This document shows, in pieces, positions 1-59,388 of a stretch of 64,000 nucleotides of DNA. The notes beneath the pieces are model-generated. The model was not told the origin of the DNA and ran no database searches. It saw nothing but the letters and a program-made list of their open reading frames with translations. The translations under genes were made by a program, and so were the position numbers. The stretch is from assembly GCF_009914755.1 (NCBI RefSeq), contig NC_060936.1; one strand, written 5' to 3'. The stretch is from the human T2T-CHM13v2.0 reference genome, Homo sapiens. The stretch's first letter is position 1, and every line of letters begins with the position of its first letter.

Positions 1-1559
1 TGGCCTTACCCTAATCCTTGTTCTGATTTCTATACTTTGAGTATCATTCAAATTTCTCAGTGAGCTGGTGTAACTGTTACAATGAGAAAAATAATAAAGA
101 TATATTCATTTTGGGGATAAAGGACACCCAGGAGTTTATATTTAAAAATGTGCCCGCAGCAGAAACAATGGACAACACATTCTATTTTGGGCTACTCATT
201 TAAATATGTGCCTCAGGAATCTCAAAGAGCCATATATAAGAGCTAAATATCCCGGAAGCAGAGCAGCAGATGATTAAGAACACAGACTCTGGACAAGCCT
301 GATTTTTGAATCTTGGTTTGGTATTTACTTATGTGTGAGCAAGTTCATGTATCATTCAAAAAACATTTATTGAGTACCTACTATGTGTCAGGCACTGTTC
401 TACGTGTGGGGGACAGGGCAATTTTTAAAAAGACAAAAAAGAACAAAAACTATTGTCTTCATGGAGCCTACATCTTAATTACTCAGCATCTCTGAGCCTC
501 TGCTTCCTGTTTCATAAAGTGGACACACCTCTTAAGGCTTTCTTGAGGATTCAGTGGGCAATGGATTTAACCAAGTGGGGTGCCTGGCTTACAGACCAGC
601 TCAGTAAGTGGGAACTATTATGTGCTAATATTTACTAATTAGCATCTGATTTTAGTTCCAGTGGTTATAAAAACAAATATTTAAAAAATTATGTCAAAGC
701 TTATAAAAGAGAAAAAAATGAATAAAAACTATAACATTGACATTATACTTTTTCAAATGACTGAACATTTTTTCACAGGCATTAAATTCATTCTCACGGG
801 GGAAAAGAAAGATCGGTGAAAAATTGGTGACAACCTGTGGTTGATGAGTATTTGGAATTTGGATGGCTAATACTAAAGATTTGTAGATTTTCTCAATTTT
901 ACACTCTGTACTCATCTCCACTCTTAGGATTCTGATCACCTCTTTCTTGTCACATTTTCACTCCTTTGGTCCTTCTAGCTATCTAAATTCACTCTCCTTC
1001 CCACTCTCATTCCCTTTATCCTTAAAGTCTTTTTGCAATGAGCATCTTTATCCATGGGTTCAAGGACTTTTTCACTCACAGAAAAACTGGAAGTTCTGTT
1101 CCTTTAAACCAATTGCTAAGAGCAGATATCTGCTCTTATTCTGTCTCTATTATATAGTTCATATAACATGTAAATGCAATCAGCAGTCTCCAGATGTTGT
1201 TATACTTCTATACTTCCATATGCATGAATTCCTGTATTGATGAATGAAAGGTTGGTGAACAAAAGGGAGGGAGAGGAACAGAACCAGTTATTGTTAGGAA
1301 GGGATTATAAAGTCCCCTTTCCAATCAGAAAAAATGTTGAAGTCAGTGGATGTCTTTGTTGTGCGAAATAAAAATAGCATGATGGCTAAACAAAGGCTCT
1401 GTACCAAAAGAGAGGGAAAATGTTATTGGATTGCATAGCAAATGCCTGAAAGTTCACATCTTAAATACACGTTCACATCCAACTTCCAATAGATGAAAAA
1501 GATCAAAAGCTCAGAAATATCAGGAATGTAAAATGGTGGTGTATAACTGCCAGCCATCC

Positions 1560-2300
1560 ATTTTAGAGGTCGCATAAGCTAAATGATTAAGAACATAGAC
1601 TCTCTCTATGTCCCTTAATCCTCACACTTCAATTTCCCCATCTTTCAAGAGGAATGATGCAAATAGTATCTACCTTGTGGGATTGTTAGGTAAGTTACCA
1701 CGTCCAGCCTTTGGATGGCCTCAGTTGCATAGTATGTGCTATGGGAGTGTAAGCACATGGAGAGGTGCACTCTGAGGGAGGAATGTGCCTGGTGTGTTTC
1801 AGGAACAGTAAGGACACCAGTGGGCCTTAAACACAGTGAACAAAGGGGACAGCACCCCAGATGAAGCCAGAGAGACAAGAAGTCCAAGATCACGAGGGCC
1901 CTGGAGGCCATTTTCTCAGTGAAATGGAACCATTCAATGAATCACTCTGATGCTGAGCTGAGAAGAGACTGTAGAAAGGGAAAAGGGTCACACAGGGAGA
2001 TCTACTAGGAGACTACAGCCACTGGGAGGCAAGAGATAATGCTATCCCTTCCTTGGGATAGCAGTGGAAGTGGTGAGAGGTGGTCCGATTCTAGATGTGT
2101 TTTGACAGTAGAGTCTACAGGATTGGCTGATGGTTTGGATGTGGAGTATGAGATAAAGAACTGATTGCAGAAAGGATGGAGTTGCCATAAATGGAGACAG
2201 AGAAGGCAGTGGGGGAAGGGGCACTTGGGAAGATCAGAGGCTCATTTTGGAACATGTGAAATTTGAGATATATATTAGATATCTAAAGGGACATGGGTGT
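1560..2300. mobile_element. MIR/L2 remnants
   Basis: Degenerate L2-type phrases (GGATTGGCTGATGGTTTGGATGTGGAGTATGAG, TTTTGGAACATGTGAAATTTGAGAT); boundaries approximate. Confidence 0.55.
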
Positions 2301-5000
2301 AATGTATACTGTTCTTTCAAGTGAACACCATGCTGGTTGATTTAATTAATTGTTGTGTTCCTTTAATAGCTGTACAATTATATGTGGTCTCTGAGTCAGG
2401 TCTCTTGACAAGTGTCATTGCAAGGGTAGTAGGAATGGCACTATGGAAAGACCCCTGGCCTTTGGGGGCAGGTAGGTTTAACTCCTGCCTCTGACTCTTA
2501 TCCACTCTTTCTCTTGGGTCTAGAGAATTATGCTTAATGCACTGTAGAATCTTCTATCAAGTATGAATAATAACACCTTCCTTACAGGCCTGGTGCAATT
2601 TTCAAACACAGATAATATATGCAAAGTGCCTGCTCATAGTAGGCTTGTGAAGAAGTGATCCCTTATACTTTTTTTCAAACTAGATATTGTCCAGATCCTT
2701 CCTCTTTCTGGCCCACTCTGTCAACTGCCGCCATTTGAAATGGAAGCATAACTGACAACTACTTTTTGTAAGAAACTCCCAATCAAAGTTCTTGAAACCT
2801 GGTCATTGGAGAGGAGTCTACCAGCAATATCAGTGCAAATCTGGGGGACCTGAATCAGCTTCATGTAGAGTCTTAACATTCTGAGCTCCAGGGGAAGTGG
2901 GGAAAGAGGAGTGGGATTTGATAAGGCCCAGTCCTAAGTTTCTAAACCAACTCTAAATAAAATGAATAATAACACTGTCTACCAGATATTATTCGAATCA
3001 GTTTATTTGTTTTTTTGCAACAACCCCCTCTAAAACCCAATGAAAACGAATTTCCAGATGATCTCAATGTGAGATAAAAAGCAATGTTTATCTTCACATG
3101 CATATGAGGATTTAGACTGGTTCTCTCAGACCCAATGCCCTTCCATTTTTTTTTCCCACCTCCTCTCCGCCTACCTTGGACAAATACTAGGAAAAGGGGC
3201 TGTGAACTGTGTCCTTGGATGGTGTGGGGAGATCACAGTTAGCAATTTTTTGTTTACCTAAAAGCCAGGAGCCACTGGGTCCTTGGCCTGCTTAGATGCA
3301 CGCTGCCGCTTCTGACTAGGTCAGAGCACAGCACAATGATGAGGAAATTACTTTCACCTTGACCTTTAAGGCACTGCTGGCGTCAGGCTATTTAGTATGG
3401 ACGCTTCTGTTGACATTTCTGACTGCCCCTTTTGCGAAGTGAAAAAAAACAAACAAACAAACAAAAAAAAAACTGGAGGTCAAGAGGAAGGAAGGATGGG
3501 TTAAGGAGTCAGCATATACAAGTCAGATAATGTGAAAAGTATTTTATAAGAGCTGCTATCGGGATGTTGGTTATTACCAAGGAAAAATGTGTCATCCTTA
3601 TCCATCTATAACTACTGAACAGTAACTAAGGAAAGAAATTCACTCATCCTTTCTGCTTTTGCAAACCTCCTGTTTGCAGGAGCTTATCAGGTAATGTTGT
3701 CTGTCTGGACTGTGAATCAGATGCACAGTTCACCCACAAACATAAATACCTATGAAAAAGAAATATAATTTCTTTTAGACTCACCCAGAACTTGCAAGCT
3801 TTAAGTACATGGTCTGTGAAGTCAGGAGAGGAACTATACTATTGGCTGAAATCTAATCTTTAACTTAATTGGCCAGGAAGACAAATAGCAGGATTAAAAC
3901 ACACGAATAATAGTAATAATACCTATTACTTGTTTAGAGCTGGGCACTGGGCTAAGTGATTTATGTTTTATTTTATTTAAAACTCAGACAAGCCCATAAA
4001 GTAGAAACAGCTCTCCCTATGATGAGGATGAGAAAACGAGGCTTCGAGAAATTACTGTAAAGAAATTCCCCAAGGTCAAACAGCTTATAGGAAACAGAAC
4101 TCAGACTAAGACAAGTTTATTGAACCCTATTTTTCTATAATTTTAACCCATCCTTTATACATACAATTGCATAGTTCTGCAAATATGCCTAAAATTGCAA
4201 AATGTAACTGATTAAAGTCTTCAGCAGAAATTTTATAATAGAAAATTTTAATATTTCTCTGTGAATTAGTGACTTTATGTGTTTCTATTCCCCACTATTT
4301 CTACTTCTCTTTTTAAAGACATAGAAATATATGTATGTATAAACTTTTTAAAAGCTATGCACACACACACACAAACAACCTGTTTGTGATTGTGTATATG
4401 AGCTGTGAATAATCTTCTGATGCCCCCTCCCCCCCACCCTTAGGGTCTCTTTCACTCACATTGTCTATATATTTTCCAATTTTTATCTTTCTCTTTCCTA
4501 ACTGATCTCTCTTTTATAGGCCATAATATGAAGCTAAATTATATTCTTATTTATCGTGGTCATCTAAAGGAGTTTTTGCTTTCTGTTCCAGGTTTTTTTA
4601 ATGAGACTAAATTAACTTTTATATTTTGTGGGTTTGCAGGCTTAGTCTGCTTTTATAGTATATTATTTGTGTCCACATCTATCACTTTTATTGTAAAGTC
4701 TTTACTGGGCAGGGAAAGCGCCTTTCCTATCTTTGTATGTTCCACAAGACTTAACACAGAGCTTGTGATAAACATGAATAAACGAAATCAAGTAATTAAG
4801 GACTCAAAAGCCTGGGCCTGGCAGTGTTTCCATAGCAATTGGTAGCAGGAAGCGACGAGGCTGAGAATCACAGACCATCTTCCATAAACTTGATTCTGTC
4901 TCCAATTTTGGTCGCAAGTTGCTTGTAGGCCCACCAGACACAGCTGAGGGGTGGGAGGGGGCATGCGGAGGGGCGGACACTGAGCTGAAACCTATTTTAC

Positions 5001-5220
5001 CTCAGCGAGTTTGGATCCAGGAGCCTTTCCAACCTATCGTTCGGGAAGGCGTTGTGGGAAAAGTGGGCGGAGATGCCAATCGATCCTCCAGTCTCGGCTC
5101 TATCCTCCCCCAGCCCGGTTCCCGGTCATCTCAGGGACCGTCTGGTAGCTGATCCCGGAACGCAGCTGGCCAACGGATAAGTGCGCGGCACCCGCCACCC
5201 GCGCGGACCCAGGAGCACCT
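5001..5220 (-). other. CCDC38: Probable non-coding first exon of CCDC38; bases 1-5000 would be its intron 1
   Basis: Minus-strand donor GAG|GTAAAA at 5001/5000 at the edge of the CpG island. Identity rests on recalled human gene order (CCDC38 head-to-head with AMDHD1). No coding sequence in the window; 5' end approximate. Confidence 0.5.
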
Positions 5221-5269
5221 CCCCTACCGCATCCCCCTCCTCCCCACCCCCAGGTTCCCTCGGCTCGCG

Positions 5270-5570
5270 GCCCTCCGCGTCCCGGGCTCCCGCCCCAGAA
5301 CCTGTGGGCAGATGTTTCCTCCACACAGTACCCTCCCGGGGCTCTGCCTCCAGGCTCGCGTCCCAGCACCCTAGGCAGAGGTTTCCCCCACTCTGTCCTC
5401 TCCCGGGGCTCTACCTCCAAGCTCCCGTCCCTGCCCCTGGGCACAGCTTTCCCCTACTCTGCCCTCTCCAGGAGCGCTATCTCCAGGCTCCCACCCCAAC
5501 CCCCCGGGCAGAGGTTTCCCCCATGGCCCCCCTTCCGGGGCTCTACCCCAGGTTCCGGTCCCTCACTCCC
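5270..5570. repeat. Degenerate ~66-67 bp minisatellite, ~4 copies
   Basis: Motif (G/A)GGCA(G/C)AnnTTTCC recurs at 5306, 5373, 5439 and 5506, each followed by similar CCCGGGGCTCTACCTCCAGGCTC segments. Confidence 0.75.
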
Positions 5571-5968
5571 GAACACTCCGGGTGCCCTCACCCAGCCAAC
5601 CCTTGACGCGCTTCCACATACCACGTGATCCACACAGCTCACTTTGATCTCTCGGGGTGACCAAGCTTAAGTTTCCTTATCTGAAAAGTAGGGACACTAG
5701 TCTCCATCTCGTTTACTCGGGATGGGACAAGACGACCAAAAAAGAGAGGATTCCTCATCAGGTTTATTACTCGTTGCCATTCTTGCAATGATTACCGCCC
5801 CCGTTGCTGTGGTTGGGGGAGGCGAGCAAAGGGCAGCGGCTGCGAGCGCCCGCCCCCGCCCCACCCTCCCAGCCCCGGACAGCGCAGGCTGCGGCTTTTC
5901 GTCCTCCACTGAGTCCTGCCGGTGGCCCGAGCCCGGTGGCCTCCCGGCGACCCTCAGCGCGAGGCGAC

Positions 5969-27841
<21,873 letters not shown>

Positions 27842-28566
27842 TAGATTTGAAAAGAGAAGACTTTTTGACTATATGAAATAAGTCAATATAGTTATATTAA
27901 AAGTTAAAACACCTTAATATTTACAAGAATTATATCACTTAAACCTAAATGTACTTCAATGTCTTTTTAAGTCACTCAAAAAACCCAAGGGATAGATTTA
28001 TTTTCATTTAACACATGCATTTGACATATAAACAGGTAAACCTATTGTGATTAAAATCACAAAACATCCAATTAGTTCACAAATATTGGTTACAAATATT
28101 CTGTAGATTAATATGGTGGGGTATCACAAAAATGCCTTTGTGGGGAAAAGTAGGCTTGGCTTAAAATTTCCATTTTGTGTCTGTATTTCACATCTCAGTT
28201 TTTAAACTATATTTAGTGAACATTGAGGGATCGAAAGAAATCTAAGTGATACGCCCCAATGAAGCTAAAATATAGCCTTCTGTTAAGCAAATAGTATTTC
28301 CTTTCCCCAAGTAGTTCATTTTCTAGATGCTTGTCAAATGAATTAATGTCCTCTGATGAAGAGTGTCCTTCCGTTTCTAAGGTCTTCTCAATCTCAGCAA
28401 TAGAGCTTCCCAGCAGCGTTCAAGACACATCATTTATACACAGGCACAGGGGCCTTCCTGAAATGGGTGCATTTTTACCAACTACAATCATGTAATTTTT
28501 TTGGAAATTTTTTAAAATTTTTGATTCTTTACATTACAATTGGGTGAAACACATTTTACAGCTCTC

Positions 28567-28572
28567 AATAAA
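28567..28572 (+). terminator. AMDHD1 polyadenylation signal
   Basis: AATAAA ~725 nt after the stop, followed by a GT/T-rich downstream element (TTATTGTTGTTGTTT). Confidence 0.8.
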
Positions 28573-28948
28573 TGTTTGCTGTCGCTCTTATTGTTGTTGT
28601 TTCCTTTCAGCCTGGAAGTAGATCAGCAGCGTTGTCTATTAGAGTTTTTAGGAAATTACAAAATTATTTGTAAAGAGTCGATAATTATTTACATATAAAT
28701 GGGTGTTTTTAAAAGCCATGTAAGTTGATTTGAAATCTTTTTAAGTGTTTCGATCATCTTTATAATCACAACTGCATTACCAAACTTGGTAAGAAATGAT
28801 TTGAGAAGTAAAGATTAACTCTCCAAGTGATCACTAATTTCAGTTTAATAGAGCCTGAATGAATGAGGCTTTGCTGTAGTCAATATAAAGCAACTCAAAA
28901 TGCCCCTCACTGGAAGGTTAAGGGTAACATTGCACATTGTTGTCATCA

Positions 28949-30636
<1,688 letters not shown>

Positions 30637-31465
30637 ATCACAATGGGGTCTCTGGAGCTCTGAACCTCATGCGATTATTTAAGAAGTCTTGAGACAGTGT
30701 AGGGGGCACACAGTTGCTGTGTGTGATGGCTCCCCTGTGACCAGTCACCTAGGCACTGAACATTTGGGGCGCAGGAGATACACATAAAAGCCAAAACGGA
30801 ATGTTAGGTCGAGTCTTCCCTGGAACTCAAGCAACACAAGATTAGATTCTTCTATTGAAGAAACAAGAAGGAGAAGCACATCTGATTTTTCATCTAGGAG
30901 GCACTCACTTTAAACAAATGGCATTCATGCCTTTTTTGAAAGAAGACAGAAAAAGACATCTACCCAAACTGCCCTAGTCCTCCCAGGCCAGCGTGCTGCA
31001 AGCCCGTGCAACTGACGGAGTTTGCTAGGAATGCAGAACCTCTGGCTGGACCCAGACCTGCTGAGTCCGAATCTGCATGCTAATAAGCCCCGGGTGATTC
31101 ACATGCACATTAAGGTCTGAGCAGCTCTGAGTTCTAAGCCCTAATCACACCAATCTTCACACTGTTCCTTAGGGGACAGTGAGCTGCTCAGGGCCATGCA
31201 ATACGGTTCCCTCTGCCCAGAATGCTTTCCTTCTCTTCCTTACATGGGAAACTGGAGCTGGACGCCCTTCCCCACATTCCCACATCTCTATGATAGCCTT
31301 TGTAGCATTGTAATTTAACTGTCTTTTGTATGTTAGACTAATGAAGTCTACCCTCTGGGCTGAAACTAATGTTCTCCAACTATTTTTTACATTTACATTT
31401 ACATTTACAATGTTTACATTTAATAAATTAATACTCTCAACAAAAGTAAGCAAAAAGGCAAAATG

Positions 31466-32233
<768 letters not shown>

Positions 32234-32684
32234 GTGATGGGATTTTATGCATGTGGTAGATTGTCAGATACAGGCCCATGGATCACGTCAAATCACATGC
32301 CCATGCCCTTGAGTGTTACCCTCCCAAATTGACTCTGGGCCTGGAACGTGACTCGCTTTAGCCAACAGGACATTAGCGAACGTGGCACAACAGGGACTTG
32401 AAAAGCCCTTGTTCTTTAGGGTTTGCCTCCTCCAGCTGCCCTGAGACAACTTGTGACAAAGACCAGGTGAGCCTGCGGGGCTGGGGAGGAAATCCTGATA
32501 CCTCCAACTCTTTTGTTGCTAGCCAATGGGAAAAAGAGTGTACTGAGTCAAGCATATTGTTCTTAAAACGGTTGACATCTGTCAACTGAATCCTTCAGAA
32601 GCTTGATTAACTGCTGTTAGAGGCGCTTAACTTTGCTATAAATACCTAAGAATAAAGCGACACCATAAGGCAATTGAGACTTAG

Positions 32685-32690
32685 TTTATT
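32685..32690 (-). terminator. HAL distal polyadenylation signal (proximal ATTAAA candidate at 33376-33381)
   Basis: TTTATT on + = AATAAA on -, ~1.55 kb after the HAL stop. Confidence 0.65.
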
Positions 32691-34237
32691 CCATGTTTCC
32701 CTTGAAGTTCCCTTGAAGGCGTGTGCTGTCAGTTACTAATAGAGCTGTGTAGAAAACTCAGTGACAAAGTGTCATTTTGACCTGGAGGGCTGCAGGGGCT
32801 GAAAGAATCCAGCATTCCCCAAACTGGAGCGAAGAGCACCATGAGACCACTGGGGGTTACTGGCTCAATGGCAGCCCACGGATGACAATGCACAAACCTC
32901 ATTTGTGTGTGTTCACATTTTGACAAGGAATAGCACCAAGAACAACCTTTAGGTAAACAGTCTCCTCAGCACATTTTTTGCTCCCTGAATTGCTGTGTGC
33001 AGCAGTTTTCACTTCAGTTTCCACCTGACAGGTTGTAAATCTAAAGGGTGAAAACTCTATTGTGAAATCCACTGTTCGGCCCATTTTAGATGGCAATTAG
33101 GTAGGCAAGGTGGCAAGTGTGTCTGTCCTCCTCTCCACCAGCTGTGGTTTTTAGAGCCACGGTTTCAGACCACTTGAAGGGCCTTGCACATATATGCACA
33201 CACTGGTGCAAAGTCACAGAGCTTAGACTTGGGAAGCCAAGAGGTCATGTGACCCATCCTTCATCTGGACAGATACACTTAAGCCATCCCTGAAGGTCCT
33301 TTATCTTCTCGGGGAAAAAAATAGATGCAGTAATACACTCTAGGGCTCCATCTGACCTTTATCAATAGGACTTATTTTAATGATTACCATTACAGAAAGG
33401 AGGTTGGTTAATCCCCAAAGATTCCTTATCTGTGAAATGAGGAAGGTTACAATAAGAATGTGAATAGAGTACTAACACCAAGGAAGTGAAAATACTAACC
33501 TCAAACTCCCATGTAAGCATTTGGGGGATACGTGTAGTGATAAGTACAAAATACACAGTTTAATAAGAGCCACCCAAATAGCAATCTTTATATTCATTCC
33601 TTATCTCCTTTGCACATGAAACTCCTTGTTGGTTTTAATCACCTCTACAATTAATAGCTGAAGACCCTATTGACTACTCTTTACTATGATCCAATTAATA
33701 GAAGAAAAAAGCAGCTTAAGGACAAATTATGACTTAAAATGGTTATTTATGAAGGCATATTAAGGCATATCATGCAAAGTAAAATTAGCCAAAGAAAGTC
33801 AACTGGTGGAGAGCTTGTTGAAGCAAATTTAAAAAAAAAAAAAAGGTTAACAAAAGTCTAATGTTTTTAGAAAAAATTGCTATCAATCTGTTTCCAAATT
33901 TGAATTCATCTAATGCTAAGAGTAAAAAACAGGCACATACAATTGTGGTTATTCTTCTCACCCTTAAGAGTGAGTGGCCTGTTGAAACTGTTAAGAAAGA
34001 AAGAAAAGTTTTATAATCTGAAAATACCTGGTGGGTCTTGAACCACGACAACAGGAACACAGTGCTGAATTTAGCAACTATAATACTGCCATCAGCCTAA
34101 CCAACGTAGGCTTTAGAAGAACTGAATGATACAATGGATTGATCTACCTAGGAAAGTTCTCAGGTCTCTCCTTCAGCCTAGTATTGCTTTGTGCTAAACT
34201 GACTGCCCTCTCATCTGCTACTTCATGACAAAGCCCA

Positions 34238-55907
<21,670 letters not shown>

Positions 55908-56074
55908 GGCTCCGCTGCAGCCTGAGGTCCTCAGCTGGTCACAGGAGGGGAGAGCTTTATGCAGGAGTGGCTACCGGGGTGTGGTCAGCTGGAAGGATGA
56001 GAATAGACTTTCAAACCACTCCCCCTCCTTCACCTTTACTCATTCATGCATTGGACAAATATTTATTGAGGTAC

Positions 56075-56290
56075 CTGCTGTCCCTTTGGTTTTTGTAGCC
56101 GAGCAGGGGCAGGAGCAGGGGATGCAGACGGGTGAGCCTCCTGTCCACTTTCCATCCAGACCTGCTGCCAGAAAGGCCTGGGGTCTCCCACCCTGGGAGG
56201 TGCTGTTCTTGTCCCTGATGGCACCTACCTGCTGCTGGCCCCCTTTCTTCAGGGTCCCCAATTTCTCTCTCTTCCCTCGTTTCTGTCTGT
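56075..56290 (-). other. HAL: HAL non-coding exon 1 (5' end approximate)
   Basis: Donor CAG|GTAC at 56075/56074; acceptor TCCTTCCAG|CTG at 55989/55988; TATAA box ~25 nt upstream of inferred start. Confidence 0.7.
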
Positions 56291-56311
56291 GTTCTCTGCC
56301 ATTAAGGGCAG

Positions 56312-56318
56312 CTTATAA
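56312..56318 (-). promoter_or_regulatory. HAL TATA-like box
   Basis: Minus strand reads GTTTATAAGC. Nearby HNF4-like GCAAAGGCCA (~56498) and FOXA-like TGTTTA (~56414) are motif matches only. Confidence 0.55.
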
Positions 56319-57408
56319 ACACCATGTTCCTGTCTTTATCTGAGATTACTCAACTGTAAAACGTGTTCTGTGGGCCAACTGTGACACTGGGAGTGTGGCA
56401 ATCGTCACTCATTTGTTTATTCCACAAACATGTATTGAGCAACTACTTCCTGTCACCAGTAAGGTTTTCTGAAGCTTTCTTTCCACCAGGGAAGACTGCA
56501 AAGGCCAGAGATCATTTTCACAACTAAAGGTCGTCATCTGGGCAAATGAACCACTCTGACTTGGAGATTAGGGGCTCAGACAGCCGTGGATGAGAGTCCA
56601 GCTCTACTACTTATTAGCCTTGATTAGGTGAGTATTACCCTGTATTTCCTTATCAGAAGGCCTAGGGGCTAACTGCCTCCTTCCAGTATGTGCAGGATTT
56701 ACCTGTGATCAAATCCTGGCTCTGCCATTTGCTAAGTGTATGACTTGTGGGCAAGTGATTTGACTTCTCTGGGCCTCAGTTGCCTCATCTGTAAAATGAA
56801 GATAATGGTAATGATGATAGTATATATGTCAAAGGGCTATTGGGAGGATGAAGTCAGTTCATATATGTAAAGCCCTCAACACAACACCTGGCATAGTGGA
56901 AATATTATAGAAGTGTCTGTGATTACTAGTATCTGGACACCAATACTCCATGTAACTATAATGCTTTATAAATGTTCTGTATGAATCATAAAGCTATAAA
57001 GTTCCATAAATGCTCTTTCATCTTGGCACATGGATATCCCTCACCCAATTAAGCTTCTTCACCACAGATAACTGCTCCCTGCACCCGCCTTATTACCATT
57101 GGTATTAAGGAACTCTGGATAGCATGATTACGGCATCAAAGATATGCAGATGCTATTTTGACTAAGCAGCACTTTCATCGTAAGCCAATTTTTAGAGATT
57201 TGATTATTGCACTAGAAAAATCCTGAAAAGTCTGTTTCCACTAAATCAGACTTCTGTTGGGAAGAGAGACATGGTTGCTCAAGAAAAACACCTATACTCA
57301 TACCCAGAGTCCCTCTCATCTGCTGACAGCTTCCCAGGAAGCGTACAAATAGCTACCCTTCCTTGAGCCTTATTGAAACTTGCTCTTCAGATACCCACAC
57401 CATGACTG

Positions 57409-57498
57409 CACCCTGGAATTTGTCATGACCTGAATTTGACACACTTAAGAAATCACCCTGGAATCTGTCACGACCTGAATTTGACACACTTAAGAAAT
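57409..57498. repeat. Tandem duplication, 2 x 45 bp
   Basis: CACCCTGGAAT(T/C)TGTCA(T/C)GACCTGAATTTGACACACTTAAGAAAT twice, 2 mismatches. Confidence 0.9.
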
Positions 57499-59137
57499 CT
57501 GAAATTCCAATATTCCACCTTCTGACCACAACCTTCCAGCTGCCCTTTTACTCTAGTCACTGCCAGCCTTGGACCTGACCTCCAGTCAGTCTCTTCATCC
57601 CTCCACTTCCCACCAGCATCCTCACTTACTATCCTAGGAAGCTGGTCCCTAGTCGCTCACTGGACCACTCTTTCTTAAGCACTCTGAGATTCCTTTGCAT
57701 CCCTAAACTTATGTCTACACTTGGAATAACACCCATCCCCTTAGTCATCACAAAAAACAGCCATCTCTTGGAAGGATTGCTTAAGCCTAGGCAGTCAATG
57801 CTGCAATGAGTTATGATTATACCACTGTACTCCAGCCTGGGTGAGAGCAAGACCCTGTTTAAAATTAAAAGAAACTGTCATATCTGTTCACCCAGGCAGA
57901 AGACACTGATAGAGAAAGTCCTGTGATCACATAGTTTGATGGTATTGCCCTTTTATTCCATCCAGCCCACAGTGACTTTCCAAAACTTTGACCCCTCTGC
58001 CAGGACCTTCTCGACATCCACCTCTAATTCTCAGAAGGAGACCTTACTTCCTACATCTGTGAGAAAACTGAGGACTGCACATGTGAACCACCTTAACCTT
58101 CTGCCCCACCCCCCCCCATTCATTCCTTGACTCATTTAACAAATATTTTTTCAACACCTGTTATGTAACAAGCTCTATGCGAGGTGCTGGGGATGAAATA
58201 AATAACAAACACGCTCTACATTCATGAGGCTTACTGTCTGGTGATGGATAAAGCTGTATAAAGATGACTAATAAGAGGTCTAACTATCTTCATGCTGCAA
58301 AACAACCCAAACTACTGCATGCTCCAGTTGACTGTCACTGCCGAGACCAGCTTCTGAGTAATTTCAGCCCAGGCATCAGACTAGTGAGGGAAGGAGCTTC
58401 CAGGTGATACCACCTCCCAGCCATGTAAGTCACCCCCAGCAGTTTGAGGATTCTAAACTCAGGCCCTACGCATTGTGGAGCAGAGTCTTCCTTGTTATTC
58501 TTTCTCCAGAAACGCACTTTCCAACTTCCTTTGCCTGTCTAGATCTTTCTTACTCCTTAAGCCTGTTTAGGCCTTTTCTTCTCCAGGAAGCATTCCCTAA
58601 ATTCTTCAGTTGGGTTAAGTGGCCCTTCTCTGGGATGCCTTAGCATAGCTCTTCTTTAGTATTATCTAGGAAATTACTTGTCTGTGTTCATCCATAATTA
58701 TGTATATATCCGATCTGGCACAAAGACATTTAGCATATGCTTACTAGCTGAACTGAAGAAATGTGAACTGCACCGAGCTGGCCCCTAGGTAAACCAGCAA
58801 GCAGGATTAAGTTTGTCTTTAGCGCCCTCTACCTTCTTCACAGCACCCTTCCATGCCACCCTTCAAGCATCCCTTGTCACAATTCACTTTCAGTATCACT
58901 AAGTGATAACTAAAAACGACATTAACTTACAGCTTGTCTTGTAAGCTCATAGGGCAGAAGCCTTAAAGAGCAGTATTTGGGTAAATGGATTTGCTAAAGT
59001 CTAATCTTAGAACATGATCTTATGCCAGTGATTTGAGCTGAACTCCCTTCTCTGTATTCTTGGCAAGGAAGGCAAGGGAGAGCAGAGCCTGGAGAAAGAA
59101 TCACACTGCAGCATAGATAAGTGACCAAGAGGACAGA

Positions 59138-59388
59138 ACGAGGCGGGTGGATTGCTTGAGCCCAGGAGTTCGAGACCAGCCTGGGCAACATGGCCAAACT
59201 CTTTCTCTACAAAACAAAAATTAGCCAGACATGGTGGTGCATGCCTGTAGTCTCAGCTACTCCAGAGGCTGAGGTGGGAGGATGGCTTGAACCCAGAGGC
59301 TGATGCTGCAGTGAGCTATGGTCATGCCACTGCACTCCAGCCTGGGCGACAGAGTGAGACCCTGTCTCAAAACAAAACAAAACAAAAA
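59138..59388 (+). mobile_element. 5'-truncated AluJ
   Basis: Alu consensus, (CAAAA)n tail. Confidence 0.85.
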
